Shown: positions 47,775-58,560 of the stretch, piece by piece | Layout: the number at the start of each line of letters is the position of its first letter | Position numbering within the stretch: the first letter of the stretch is position 1 | Origin: an uncultured Flavobacteriaceae bacterium | GTDB lineage: Bacteria > Bacteroidota > Bacteroidia > Flavobacteriales > Flavobacteriaceae | Direction of reading: 5' to 3' | DNA: 64,000 nucleotides | Assembly (NCBI GenBank): GCA_963803715.1 | Contig: CAWDOF010000025.1 | Location: 153,753 to 217,752 of the forward strand | Made by a program: the position numbers and the translations under genes | Notes under the pieces: generated by a model | What the model was told of the DNA's origin: nothing | The model's input: the letters and a program-made list of their open reading frames with translations, nothing else | The model's database searches: none

Positions 47775-48707
47775 TTATTTCACTTCCATTAACTCCACGT
47801 CAAAAACTAAGGTCGCGTTTGGCGGAATAACACCACCTGCACCCGCCGAGCCATAACCCAAATCGCTAGGTATAACCAATCTCGCTTTGTCACCAACATT
47901 CATCAAGCAGATACCTTCATCCCAGCCAGAAATAACCTGACCAACACCAACTTGAAAATCTAAGGGTTTGTTGCGTTTGTAAGATGAATCAAAAACGGTC
48001 CCGTCGGCTAATTGGCCTTTGTAGTGCACGGAAACATTATCGCCTTTGTTGGCGGATTTGCCAGTTCCTTTCTGAATTATTTTGTAGCGAAGTCCACTTT
48101 TGGTCACCTCGAATCCGGCAGCTAATTTATCCATTTCAGCTTTCGCCGATTCTCGTTCTTCAATAACACGCTTTTCCCTCGCGCCTTCAAAAACACGAAA
48201 AGCTTCAACCGCATTAAAATTTTTAGCAGCATCTCCATGTCTTACAATTTCCAAGGTTTCAATTACATCACCTTGTTTAATAGTATCTACCACATCCTGA
48301 CCTTCTATTACCTTTCCAAACACAGTATGTTTGTTATCTAACCAAGAGGTTTCAACGTGAGTAATAAAAAATTGACTGCCGTTGGTACCAGGGCCAGAAT
48401 TGGCCATGGATAAAACTCCAGGACCATCGTGTTTTAAATCCGGATGAAATTCATCATCAAACTTATAACCAGGGTTTCCTGTTCCTGTGCCCTGCGGACA
48501 GCCTCCTTGAACCATAAAGTCTGGAATTACTCGATGGAATTTGAGTCCGTCGTAATAAGGTTCTCCTTGAGGTTTGACCGAATTTTCTAAATTACCTTCG
48601 GCAAGGGCTACAAAGTTCCCTACCGTTCCCGGTGTTTTCTCAAATTCTAAATTCACTAAAATATCACCTTTATTGGTATGGAATTTTGCGTACAATCCGT
48701 CTTGCAT
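47775..48707 (-). CDS. dual-family peptidyl-prolyl isomerase (N-terminal cyclophilin fused to C-terminal FKBP)
   Basis: 310 aa. The cyclophilin part has FHRVIPDFMVQGG and SMANSGPGTNGSQFFI. The FKBP part has VSVHYKGQLADGTVFDSSY, GVGQVISGWDEG and LVFDVELMEV. Confidence 0.9.
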   Translation of the reverse strand: MQDGLYAKFHTNKGDILVNLEFEKTPGTVGNFVALAEGNLENSVKPQGEPYYDGLKFHRVIPDFMVQGGCPQGTGTGNPGYKFDDEFHPDLKHDGPGVLSMANSGPGTNGSQFFITHVETSWLDNKHTVFGKVIEGQDVVDTIKQGDVIETLEIVRHGDAAKNFNAVEAFRVFEGAREKRVIEERESAKAEMDKLAAGFEVTKSGLRYKIIQKGTGKSANKGDNVSVHYKGQLADGTVFDSSYKRNKPLDFQVGVGQVISGWDEGICLMNVGDKARLVIPSDLGYGSAGAGGVIPPNATLVFDVELMEVK

Positions 48708-48833
48708 AAACTATGTTTTTGTTACTATTATTTTTCGAGCTCCAAAGATAATAAAGTTATGGGAGTTGCGAGTGAGGAAATTTTTAATGCTATTCTAGAT
48801 TGCCGAATTACGACCTTTGATATTTTCGGAAAT

Positions 48834-48859
48834 AAAAAACCACTTCAATTTTGAAGTGG
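48834..48859 (-). terminator. rho-independent terminator of the 48882..50360 gene
   Basis: On the minus strand it reads ccacttcaa-aa-ttgaagtgg followed by T6. Confidence 0.75.
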
Positions 48860-48881
48860 CCCTAATCTAATATACTTTCTA

Positions 48882-50360
48882 TTAGTCTTCCAAATACACT
48901 TGTTCTGTCTCAAAACCAAACAAGCTTTTTTCTTGAATGAGTTTTGAAACTCCAGGAGGTAACATTTCTTGCCAACCATCATCTCCGTTTGAAATTGCCT
49001 TAAGCACCGTTCTAGAGAATATCGTTAAAATAGATTCATCATAATCTGTAATGTCCACAACTTTACCGTTGTATTTAAAGAATTTGTAAAGCTCTTTCAT
49101 ACGAGGGTGCACTTTTAGGTTTTCACTATTGGTCAAAGTTCCATCCTCATTCTTCATGGGGTATAGATATACCCTTAAATCCTTAAAGAATAGTTTTCCG
49201 AAGGCCTCTAAAATGCCACCGCTAAGATGCCTGTAATATTTTTCGTCAAAGATATCAACTAGGTTATTGACGCCCATGGCGAGTCCCATGCGGTTTTTGG
49301 TGTACTGGGAAAAGTATTCCACCAATTTATAATATTCCTGAAAGTTAGAAATCAAAACCGTTTGCCCCAAAGAGCATAATAGCTTGGCGCGATCCATAAA
49401 ATCTTGCTCGTCTATTTCGCCTTCCGCCCTTAAGTTTGAAAGTGTGATCTCAAAAATGACTTGGGTTTTATCAAGATCGACCTTGTTTTCTTTAATGAAC
49501 ATGTCGTACGATTTTTTGTACATATCCATATTCACTTTAGTTACCGGTCTAAAACTACCACGAAGGGTTAGAATGTTTTTCTTATAAAGTACTCTTGCTG
49601 GCAACTCATTATTACCATCTGGAGAGAACATTACAGCATCTGTCATTCCGTTTTTGACCAATTGTAAACTCATTAGTCGGTTATCGACATCCTCAAAAAT
49701 AGGTCCTGCGAAATTTATAGTATCGATTTCCAGTTGGTCCTTATCCAAATGGTCGTAAAGATATCTCAGTAGTTTTTTTGGTTCATTATATTTATAAAAC
49801 GCCCCGTAAATAAGATTGGTTCCTAAAACCCCCAAAGTCTCTTGTTGCAAACGAGCATCATTTTCTTTAAACCTTAGATGAAGTACAATTTCATTATAGC
49901 CTTGTTTTGGGTCCACCTGATACTTAATTCCTACCCAACCATGACCTTTAAATTTCTTTGCAAAATCAATGGTAGCAACCGTATTGGCATAGGTAAAGAA
50001 CATTTTATTAGGATGCTCATCCCGAGATAAACGTTTCTCTACGAGACCTATCTCATGATCTAACATTTTTCGTAAACGCGCTTCGGTGACATAACGCTTA
50101 TCATCCTCAATACCATAAATGGCGTCACTAAAGGCTTTATCGTAAGCAGACATTGCCTTTGCAATAGTACCAGAACCTCCCCCAGCCCTAAAAAATTGCC
50201 GAACGGTTTCTTGGCCTGCACCGATTTCGGCAAAAGTACCATAGATATTCTCGTTCAGATTAATACGCAGGCACTTAGTTTTTAATGAAGGAATCTCATC
50301 AAATTCTTTATCGCCTTTTAAGGTTATTTCCATTTTTTGCTCAGGTTTGACTTCAGACAA
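48882..50360 (-). CDS. conserved hypothetical cytoplasmic protein
   Basis: Uninterrupted ORF of 492 aa (..YGTFAEIGAGQETVRQFFRAGGGSGTIAKAMSAYDK..). I recognise no family. The start is the TTG at 50360 or the ATG at 50333. Confidence 0.6.
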   Translation of the reverse strand: MSEVKPEQKMEITLKGDKEFDEIPSLKTKCLRINLNENIYGTFAEIGAGQETVRQFFRAGGGSGTIAKAMSAYDKAFSDAIYGIEDDKRYVTEARLRKMLDHEIGLVEKRLSRDEHPNKMFFTYANTVATIDFAKKFKGHGWVGIKYQVDPKQGYNEIVLHLRFKENDARLQQETLGVLGTNLIYGAFYKYNEPKKLLRYLYDHLDKDQLEIDTINFAGPIFEDVDNRLMSLQLVKNGMTDAVMFSPDGNNELPARVLYKKNILTLRGSFRPVTKVNMDMYKKSYDMFIKENKVDLDKTQVIFEITLSNLRAEGEIDEQDFMDRAKLLCSLGQTVLISNFQEYYKLVEYFSQYTKNRMGLAMGVNNLVDIFDEKYYRHLSGGILEAFGKLFFKDLRVYLYPMKNEDGTLTNSENLKVHPRMKELYKFFKYNGKVVDITDYDESILTIFSRTVLKAISNGDDGWQEMLPPGVSKLIQEKSLFGFETEQVYLED

Positions 50361-50423
50361 AGGTATTAAAATCGAAACTATAAGTAAAAAAATAAGTCCT
50401 ATTTTTGTACGAAATCAATTGCA

Positions 50424-51185
50424 ATGAAGGTAACATTTTTAGGTACGGGAACCTCACAGGGCATACCTATTATTGGTAGTACCCATCCTGTTTGTTTAAG
50501 TGAAAATCCAAAAGATAAACGTTTACGGGTTTCTGTTTTGATTGAATGGGACCAATATTGTTACGTGATTGATTGTGGCCCCGATTTTAGACAGCAAATG
50601 CTGCGTGCAAATTGTGACAGGATTGATGGTATCGTTTTTACTCACGAACATGCAGATCACACTGCTGGATTGGACGATATTAGACCTTTTTATTTTAGGC
50701 AGGGCGCGATTCCCTTTTATGCGCATGAGCGTGTATTGGAGCAGTTAGCCCTGCGATTTAATTATATATTTACGTCAAAGGACAAATATCCTGGAGTGCC
50801 CAGTGTGATTCAAAATGAAGTTAAGAACCAACCCTTTACCCTTGGGAACATCAGCGTTGTACCAATAAATGGTTACCACCATAAACTTCAGGTATTTGGT
50901 TTTCGTTTTAATGATTTTGCATATTTAACCGATATGAAAACCGTGGAGCAAAACGAGATTGAAAAATTAAAGGGGGTTAAGGTCTTGGTTATAAACGCAC
51001 TTAGGGAAGAACCGCATATCTCACATTTTAATCTAGAGGATGCCTTAGATTTTATTGAAAAAGTAAATCCCGAAAAGGCATATTTAACCCATATCAGTCA
51101 TCATTTAGGGTTTCATGATGAAGTGCAACAAAAACTACCTCAAAACGTTTTTCTTGCTTACGATAATTTAAAAATAACACTATAA
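50424..51185 (+). CDS. MBL-fold metallo-hydrolase
   Basis: 253 aa with the HxHxDH motif (THEHADHTAG). Confidence 0.85.
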   Translation: MKVTFLGTGTSQGIPIIGSTHPVCLSENPKDKRLRVSVLIEWDQYCYVIDCGPDFRQQMLRANCDRIDGIVFTHEHADHTAGLDDIRPFYFRQGAIPFYAHERVLEQLALRFNYIFTSKDKYPGVPSVIQNEVKNQPFTLGNISVVPINGYHHKLQVFGFRFNDFAYLTDMKTVEQNEIEKLKGVKVLVINALREEPHISHFNLEDALDFIEKVNPEKAYLTHISHHLGFHDEVQQKLPQNVFLAYDNLKITL

Positions 51186-51188
51186 ATT

Positions 51189-51692
51189 ATGACGAAAAGA
51201 CTTTTCATGTACTTGTTTATATTCACCTTGTTGTTGGTTATATTTCAATACGTTAGCTCTAAAAATATCATCGAAAGTTACGATAATAAACTCACAAAAT
51301 ATATTGCAAAAAATGATGTTTTAGAGGATTCTATCCAATTGATGAAAGATCGTGAGACCGAGCAAATTTATGGTTTCCGATTTGATACCAACGATGATGC
51401 CATGACCTACATTGAAAGAGAAGGTTTTGTGATTTCAGAATTTATACCCTTTATAAAAGACCAGCTCTACGAACTAAACGTTTATGATACCGAAGACCAC
51501 CCGCTTGTACCCTACGCTTCAATGACCAAAAATAAAATGCTCATTGACCAAGTCAGATTGCTTAACCATAAATGGATAATCGCTAGTTTTACCGATGGAA
51601 CGTATTGGGGCGAAATGCTATTGAAATATGAAGTTATTGATAGAAAGGAACTTCGCTTTGAGGTGCTGGCTTCCACACTTTACCCTAAGTAA
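51189..51692 (+). CDS. hypothetical membrane-anchored protein
   Basis: 167 aa with an N-terminal TM helix. No recognisable family. Confidence 0.4.
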   Translation: MTKRLFMYLFIFTLLLVIFQYVSSKNIIESYDNKLTKYIAKNDVLEDSIQLMKDRETEQIYGFRFDTNDDAMTYIEREGFVISEFIPFIKDQLYELNVYDTEDHPLVPYASMTKNKMLIDQVRLLNHKWIIASFTDGTYWGEMLLKYEVIDRKELRFEVLASTLYPK

Positions 51693-51809
51693 TTTCCGGT
51701 TTACAATCGTGATTGATGCCTATGAATTTTACTTTTACAATTCCAAAAAACTATAATTCGATTATGTTAACGATTTTATACCTTTATCCTAATTATTCAA
51801 TTTCAATCA

Positions 51810-52778
51810 ATGCAAAGACAGTTTAAGGATTACCTCATTATAACTTTAAAAGGCATGGGAATGGGCGCCGCAGATGTCGTGCCCGGAGTTTCTGGTGGTA
51901 CTATTGCATTTATCTCGGGTATTTACGAGGAACTTATTGAAAGTATAGATAATGTAGGTTTTCATGTATTTAAAACTTGGAAACAAAAGGGGTTCAAAAC
52001 CGCTTGGCAATCTATAAATGGCCCATTTTTATTGGCGCTTTTCGCTGGTATTGGCATTAGTGTTTTATCTCTGGCAAAACTTATAAAATGGTTGCTTCAT
52101 AATGAGCCCATTTTATTGTGGAGCTTTTTTTTCGGGTTAGTTCTGGCCAGCATTCTCTACGTCGGTAAACAAATTGATTCTTGGAATTTCAAGGTTATTG
52201 CAGCCGTAATTTTGAGTGCGGTCCTCTCCTATTTTATAACACTGGCAGAGCCGTTTGCCTCGCCAGACAGTTCGTTCTATCTCTTGTTCTGTGGTTTTAT
52301 AGCAATTATCGCTATGATTTTACCCGGAGTTTCTGGAGCTTTTATCCTACTAATTCTCGGTGCGTATGAAACCGCAATCAATACGGTAAACCATCTGATT
52401 GAAGGAATTACTACTGGTAATTTTGATTTGCTGAAAGATGCATTATTTAAATTCGTGATGTTGGGTATTGGTGCGGTTGTTGGTTTAAAGGTGTTTTCTA
52501 AAATCCTAAATTGGATGTTCAAGCACCAAAAAAATTTAACTTTAGGTATTTTGACAGGTTTTATGATTGGTTCCCTCAATAAAATTTGGCCTTGGAAAAA
52601 GACCCTGAAAACGCGTATTAATTCTGAAGGTCTTGAAGTGAGCGTATTGGATAAAAGTATTTTACCTTCAGATTTTGTTGGTGATAACCAACTTATCCTC
52701 GCTTTGATTTTTGCCATAATAGGTTTTGCTATTATTCTAATCCTAGAAAGACTGGGCAATAAAAAACCATTGGCATAA
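51810..52778 (+). CDS. DUF368 domain membrane protein (copy 1)
   Basis: 322 aa with KGMGMGAADVVPGVSGGTIAF and a second LPGVSGAFILLILG motif. Confidence 0.8.
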   Translation: MQRQFKDYLIITLKGMGMGAADVVPGVSGGTIAFISGIYEELIESIDNVGFHVFKTWKQKGFKTAWQSINGPFLLALFAGIGISVLSLAKLIKWLLHNEPILLWSFFFGLVLASILYVGKQIDSWNFKVIAAVILSAVLSYFITLAEPFASPDSSFYLLFCGFIAIIAMILPGVSGAFILLILGAYETAINTVNHLIEGITTGNFDLLKDALFKFVMLGIGAVVGLKVFSKILNWMFKHQKNLTLGILTGFMIGSLNKIWPWKKTLKTRINSEGLEVSVLDKSILPSDFVGDNQLILALIFAIIGFAIILILERLGNKKPLA

Positions 52779-53798
52779 TGGAGAGCACCCGTACCTTTTC
52801 TGATAAGTTTTTTTTGGTCATAAAAGGGTTAGGTATGGGTGCTGCTAACAAAGTACCGGGGGTTTCGGGTGGCGTGGTAGCCTTTGTCGCTGGCTTTTAC
52901 GAAGAGTTTATCTATTCGCTCAGACATTTTAACAAAAACGCCTTTAAATTATTTATAAATGGGCGGTTCAAAAGTTTTTACCGTTATGTAAACGGTCGAT
53001 TTTTGAGCCTTTTGTTTGTGGGAATGATTGTTAGCTATTTTAGTGTCTCGAAAATTTTAGACTACTTCTTAACCCATTTTGAACTTTATGTCTGGAGTAC
53101 TTTTTTCGGAATGATATTAGGCTCCATTTACTATATTCATAAAGGCTTTAAAGATTGGAATTATAGAAGTGTTACCGCCTTGATTATTGGAGTTTCCGTG
53201 GGGATTGGTATTAGCTTTTTAAATCCTGCAAAAGAGAACGACAACCTCTTTTTTGTTTTCTTCTGCGGAATTATAAGCGTTTCGGGCATGACACTACCCG
53301 GTTTTTCAGGATCCTTCATCTTAATTTTATTGGGCAATTATGTTTTACTTTTAGTTGATTCAGTTAATGCACTTTACGATACTTTTGCCGAAGTGATTTC
53401 TGGAGATTTCAGCTTTATCAAGAAATGCGGCTCGCAAACAATTATTGAAAGTATTGGCCGTTTTTACCTTGGGTTCGGTTACCGGACTCGTTACCTTTTC
53501 CCATCTTTTGAGTTATGTGCTTAAACATTTCCGAAGCATTACCACCGCTTCTATAATTGGATTTATTGTAGGCTCCTTAGGCGTAGTCTGGCCATGGAAA
53601 AGAACCGTATTTAAACTTGACGACCTAGGGAACTTTGTATTAGATTCCACCGGAAAAAAAATAACCCAAAATTACGAACGTTTTTTACCAGAGCTTAATA
53701 TAGAAACATTTACGGCTTTGGTATTTGTTATTTTTGGGATACTAATTGTATTGGCTTTAGAGTGGTACGGTCAAAAAACAACACCAGCACATGTCTAG
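52778..53798 (+). pseudogene. DUF368 domain membrane protein (copy 2) with an apparent frameshift
   Basis: ORFs 52778..53524 and 53445..53798 together align to copy 1 (GMGAANKVPGVSGGVVAF ... LPGFSGSFILILLG ... GSLGVVWPWKRT). The frame break is at the A3 run at 53423..53425. Confidence 0.75.
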
Positions 53799-54528
53799 AT
53801 TAGGTTTAATAGGAAAACATATTGATTACTCGTTTTCTAAAGGCTTTTTTACTGAAAAATTCACTTCTGAAAACCTACCTTTTACTTACGAGAATTTCGA
53901 TTTAGAAAACATCTCAGAATTTCCAAAACTTATCGAAAATAATCCTAATATCGTTGGTATGAACGTCACCATACCTTACAAGCAATCAATCATGCAGTAT
54001 ATGGATGCCATTGATGAAACCGCTGCCGAAATTGGTGCCGTTAATACCATAACCGTATCCAAGGATAAAAAGCTCAAAGGCTATAATACTGACTATTTTG
54101 GATTTCAGAAATCTATTTTGCCACTCCTAAAATCCCACCACAAAAATGCCCTAATACTGGGAACTGGCGGTGCGTCAAAAGCCATTGCCTACGCACTCAA
54201 AAATCTAGATATTTCTTTTGAATATGTTTCCCGAACTAAAAGAAAGGGCGTTTTACATACATATAATTCACTTACTGAAGCTATAATAAATAAATTCCAA
54301 ATCATTATTAATTGTACGCCACTCGGCACATTTCCGGAGATAGATTTACATCCTGACATTCCTTACGAAGGCATAACAGATTCTCATTTATTGTATGATC
54401 TGATTTATAATCCATCGGAAACCAAATTCCTCAAACTCGGCAAATCGCAAGGCGCCAGTATCTGCAACGGAAGCGATATGCTCAAATTTCAAGCTGAAAA
54501 AGCTTGGGAGATCTGGGATTTAGCTTAA
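53791..54528 (+). CDS. aroE: shikimate dehydrogenase
   Basis: 245 aa with GLIGKHIDYSFSKGFF, NVTIPYK, GAVNTI and GTGGASKA. Confidence 0.85.
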   Translation: MSRLGLIGKHIDYSFSKGFFTEKFTSENLPFTYENFDLENISEFPKLIENNPNIVGMNVTIPYKQSIMQYMDAIDETAAEIGAVNTITVSKDKKLKGYNTDYFGFQKSILPLLKSHHKNALILGTGGASKAIAYALKNLDISFEYVSRTKRKGVLHTYNSLTEAIINKFQIIINCTPLGTFPEIDLHPDIPYEGITDSHLLYDLIYNPSETKFLKLGKSQGASICNGSDMLKFQAEKAWEIWDLA

Positions 54529-54726
54529 AATCAAATGTTGATTAAGTAGTAAGAAATCACATCAGGCTGAAAATAAGATTTACAAAACCCTTATTCAGGT
54601 TAAGCTAGTGCTTAAAAAACTAGAACTGTGGACTGCCAACTAAGGTCTACCGACTTTTTTAATTCCCTCTTTTTTGTAAATCCTTAGCCTATTAGTATCT
54701 TAGCAATCTAATAAAATAACGACATC

Positions 54727-57018
54727 ATGTCTGAAAAAGATAATCTGCCAAAAGCAGATGAGACTTTATACCAAAAGTCTGAGGAGCAGAACACTAGTGA
54801 AACTTTAAATACAGATGAGGCTATTGTAAAAAAAGGAACGGAAAATTCAGAGGAACAAGTTGAAGTTTCCCAAGCAATCCCTGAGAAATCCCTTAATCCA
54901 AATGTCTCCGACCAATTGATAGAAACTCCAGGAGGTAAAGAATTTGAGGTTAAAGTCGAAAATGGAATTACAGAGCGTGATGATGCCAAAGCAGATTCAG
55001 AAAAAAATACTGATGTCAATAATCAGGATTTTGAAACAACTGAAACTCCTTCCGAAGTGAAAGTCCCCAACGAAAATAGTTCCGAAGAAAAAGTTTCTGA
55101 GAAGACTATTACTGATGAGAAAGGTTCTGAAGAAATTAATTTGGACGAGAATATTTCCGTAAAGAAGGATTCCCAGGAAACTATTTCCATACCCAATCAG
55201 TCGGCGGAAAAAGAGAAAAAGAAAGAATCCCACGTTGAGGAAATAGAAGCATCAAATGCTGAAGATGCCGAAGATGAAAGTAATAGCGAACGTCACGGCG
55301 TTGAGAGCAAGGATTACGATAAGATGAGTATGGATGCCCTAGCTGAAGAATTAGAACACTTGGTGGGCAGTAAAAAAGTACAGACCATTAAGTCGCAGGT
55401 CGATGATATTAAAACAGAATTCAACGCTCAGTTTGAGGCTTTACTGGAAGAAAAAAAGGAAGCGTTTATAAATGATGGTGGTAATGAGATTGATTTTTAC
55501 TACAGTTCGCCCGCAAAAAAACGCTTTAATACCGCCTACAAAACCTATAGAAATAATCTAAAAAGTTATTACAAGGCTCGTGAATCTGATTTGAAATCCA
55601 ACTTGGAGAATCGTCTTAGAATTATCGAGGATATCAAAGGGCTTATCAGCGTTGAGGAAAATATAAAAACGACTTACAAAACATTTAAGGATTTACAAGA
55701 GCAATGGCGGGGTGCTGGGCCAATTCCTAGGGATGTTTACAATAACGCTTGGAATTCTTACCACCACCACGTAGAGATGTTCTACGATTTTCTGCATTTA
55801 AACAATGATTTGCGGGATATGGATTTTAAACATAATCTCGAACAGAAAACAAAAATTATCGAACGTGCAGAAGAATTGGCGAAAGATGATAACATCAATC
55901 GTGTGTTCAGGGAATTACAAGAACTTCACAAACTTTGGAAAGAAGAATTAGGGCCTGTTGCCAAGGCACATCGTGATGTCATTTGGGACCGTTTTAGTGC
56001 AGCTACTAAAGCTATACACGATAAACGACAAGCCTACTATGCTGACGTTGATAAAGCGAAGGAGAAAAATCTAGAGCGTAAGTTAGAATTGATTTCTAAA
56101 ATAAAGGAAATTGCCGAAGGCGATAGCAGCTCGCACCAAGGTTGGCAGAAAAAAATGAAGGCCATTGAGGCGTTGCGCAAAGATTTCTTTAACGCTGGTC
56201 GTGTTCCTAAAAACGAGAATCAGGCCACTTGGGATAAATTCAAATCGGCCGTTAGAGATTTCAACCGAAAAAAGAACGGGTATTATAAGGACTTGAAAAA
56301 AGACCAATACACCAACCTTGAAAAGAAAAAAGCCTTAATCCAAATAGCATTGGATAATAAGGATAATGAGGATTTTGAGGCAACCACGCCATTGATGAAG
56401 AGGATTCAAAGCGATTGGAAAAAAATCGGACATGTTCCAAGAAAGGATAGCGACAAAATTTGGAAACAGTTTAAAAGTGCTTGTAACCATTATTTTGAGC
56501 GTATCCATGCTGAACGTAACGCCGCTAACAAGGAGCTGGATGAAGCCTTTGAGAAAAAACAAACTCTTTTGGAAAATGTTAAAGCTGTAACCCTTAGTGG
56601 CGAGCGAAAAACGGATTTAAAAACGATAAAAGACCATATTGCTACATGGAAAGATATCGGTCAAATTCCATCAAACAAAAGACATATAGAAGGTGAGTTC
56701 AATAAAGTACTTGACGGATTGTTCGGTAAATTGGACATGGACAAAGAAAAAGTTGAGATGATCAAATTCGAGAACAAGTTGGAAAGTCTGGCGCAACCTA
56801 ACGATACCAGGTTATTGGACAACGAACAGAATTTTATCAAAAAACGCATTGACGAATTGAAAGGTGAAATTATTCAGCTCGAGAATAATTTACAGTTTTT
56901 CTCTAATGTTGATGAGAGCAATCCTTTAGTTAAGGACGTACTCAACAATATTGAAAATAAAAAAACAGACCTATCAGTTTGGGACGATAAGCTAAGAAAA
57001 GTCAAGAGCATGTATTGA
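54727..57018 (+). CDS. DUF349 domain-containing protein
   Basis: 763 aa with an acidic low-complexity N-terminus, followed by repeated W(K/R)..GPVP/GHVPR DUF349 units. Confidence 0.8.
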   Translation: MSEKDNLPKADETLYQKSEEQNTSETLNTDEAIVKKGTENSEEQVEVSQAIPEKSLNPNVSDQLIETPGGKEFEVKVENGITERDDAKADSEKNTDVNNQDFETTETPSEVKVPNENSSEEKVSEKTITDEKGSEEINLDENISVKKDSQETISIPNQSAEKEKKKESHVEEIEASNAEDAEDESNSERHGVESKDYDKMSMDALAEELEHLVGSKKVQTIKSQVDDIKTEFNAQFEALLEEKKEAFINDGGNEIDFYYSSPAKKRFNTAYKTYRNNLKSYYKARESDLKSNLENRLRIIEDIKGLISVEENIKTTYKTFKDLQEQWRGAGPIPRDVYNNAWNSYHHHVEMFYDFLHLNNDLRDMDFKHNLEQKTKIIERAEELAKDDNINRVFRELQELHKLWKEELGPVAKAHRDVIWDRFSAATKAIHDKRQAYYADVDKAKEKNLERKLELISKIKEIAEGDSSSHQGWQKKMKAIEALRKDFFNAGRVPKNENQATWDKFKSAVRDFNRKKNGYYKDLKKDQYTNLEKKKALIQIALDNKDNEDFEATTPLMKRIQSDWKKIGHVPRKDSDKIWKQFKSACNHYFERIHAERNAANKELDEAFEKKQTLLENVKAVTLSGERKTDLKTIKDHIATWKDIGQIPSNKRHIEGEFNKVLDGLFGKLDMDKEKVEMIKFENKLESLAQPNDTRLLDNEQNFIKKRIDELKGEIIQLENNLQFFSNVDESNPLVKDVLNNIENKKTDLSVWDDKLRKVKSMY

Positions 57019-57361
57019 GCATTTTGTATAATACTCAATTTTAGCATTCAGCATTGATTCAAAAAATTTAATTTAAAATAAAAATAATCGCAATATTCCT
57101 AAAAATTAGAAGACCATCAATTTCTTGATGGCCTTCCTCTTCCTCATAGCAATTAACGTCTAACTCTGTGTTAGAGTGAAAGATTAATAGCATTTTTAAA
57201 TCCCTTCGCCTTACTTACGAAATTATTTAAAGCGTGGTTTTATAAAAAATAATTATCTTTTGAAAAATTGAGATTAGCCTTATTCAATTTGCGGGTAAAA
57301 GGGAGTTTTATAAATTTTCGACCTTTAAAAAATTTGTAACTTTAAGCAAACATCATATTTT

Positions 57362-57829
57362 ATGAAAGCTATAATCGAAACTTTTTACGAATCTTTTCAA
57401 AAATTGAATGCTGAAGAAATGGTGCGTTGCTATCATGATGATATCGTTTTTGAAGACCCCGCATTTGGCATTTTAAAAGGGGAACGAGCCTGTAATATGT
57501 GGCGAATGCTTTGTAAATCTCAGGAGGGAAAAGATTTTAAGCTCACCTATACAAACGTTGAAACTAATGAGTCTAAAGGCAGTGCTGTATGGGAAGCTTT
57601 TTATATTTTTTCAAAAACTGGACGAAAAATACATAATGTGGTTCAATCTGAGTTTACATTCAAAGACGGAAAAATAATTACACATGTTGATGATTTTGAC
57701 CTTTATAAATGGTCAAAGCAAGCGCTAGGATTTAAAGGAGCCGTTTTAGGGAAGACTTTGTTTTTTAAAAATAAAGTAAGACATAACACCAATGTAATGC
57801 TCAATAAATTTGAAGAAAAAAGAACCTAA
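57362..57829 (+). CDS. NTF2/SnoaL-like fold protein
   Basis: 155 aa. MKAIIETFYESFQKLNAEEMVRCYHDDIVFEDPAFG is typical of SnoaL-like proteins. Confidence 0.6.
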   Translation: MKAIIETFYESFQKLNAEEMVRCYHDDIVFEDPAFGILKGERACNMWRMLCKSQEGKDFKLTYTNVETNESKGSAVWEAFYIFSKTGRKIHNVVQSEFTFKDGKIITHVDDFDLYKWSKQALGFKGAVLGKTLFFKNKVRHNTNVMLNKFEEKRT

Positions 57830-57861
57830 TTAAGATATTTTGAAGCAGCACAAAACAAAAA

Positions 57862-57887
57862 CAGTTTTATAAAAAATTATAAAACTG
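57862..57887. terminator. AT-rich 11-bp hairpin between convergent genes
   Basis: cagttttataa-aaaa-ttataaaactg. Confidence 0.45.
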
Positions 57888-58010
57888 CTTCTTCATTTGT
57901 AAGTCTTTTACTTAATTTCTGTTTCTTTTTAGGGACGTAACGTTTACTTTATGTTTCAGTAATTAAATACAGTTTACTATTTACAAAACTTGTGCCAAAA
58001 CTATACGTCA

Positions 58011-58559
58011 TTAGGTGTATTCTGGTTTCTTACCAACTACGCCCTCAAAAAAAGATTTCATGTATTTAAAGTCGGCTTCGAGGTCATCGGTGGGATAGAA
58101 TGGCTCGGAGATATGATTCTGTTTATTTTGAAAATCTAGAGTGAACATGATAATAGGCACTTTGGCTGCCTTGGCAATGTAATAAAACCCTGTTTTCCAT
58201 TGAAGTACTTTTTTTCTAGTTCCTTCTGGAGCCATAGTTAAACGAAACTCTTCTGTATTTTCGAATAATTTTGCGATAGCCTCTACTTTATTCTGACCTG
58301 ATGTTCTATCTAACGACGCACCTCCAATGGCTCTGAAGTAATAACCAAATGGCCAAGTAAAAAGTTCTTTCTTTGCAACAAAGTTTGTTTTGACGTTTGC
58401 AATTTTCCGAAGTAAAACACCAATATAGAAATCGTGCCAACTGGTATGCGGTAATGCAATAATAATTGCTTTTTTTACAGTTTCCTTTGAAAAATTACTG
58501 TTGCCAACAATTTTCCAGCCCAAAACCCTGAAATAAAAAAATTTGGCCAACCAGCGCAT
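58011..58559 (-). CDS. PlsC-family acyltransferase
   Basis: 182 aa with the HX4D motif (HTSWHD) and an EGTR-like APEGTRKK. Confidence 0.7.
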   Translation of the reverse strand: MRWLAKFFYFRVLGWKIVGNSNFSKETVKKAIIIALPHTSWHDFYIGVLLRKIANVKTNFVAKKELFTWPFGYYFRAIGGASLDRTSGQNKVEAIAKLFENTEEFRLTMAPEGTRKKVLQWKTGFYYIAKAAKVPIIMFTLDFQNKQNHISEPFYPTDDLEADFKYMKSFFEGVVGKKPEYT

Positions 58560-58560
58560 A

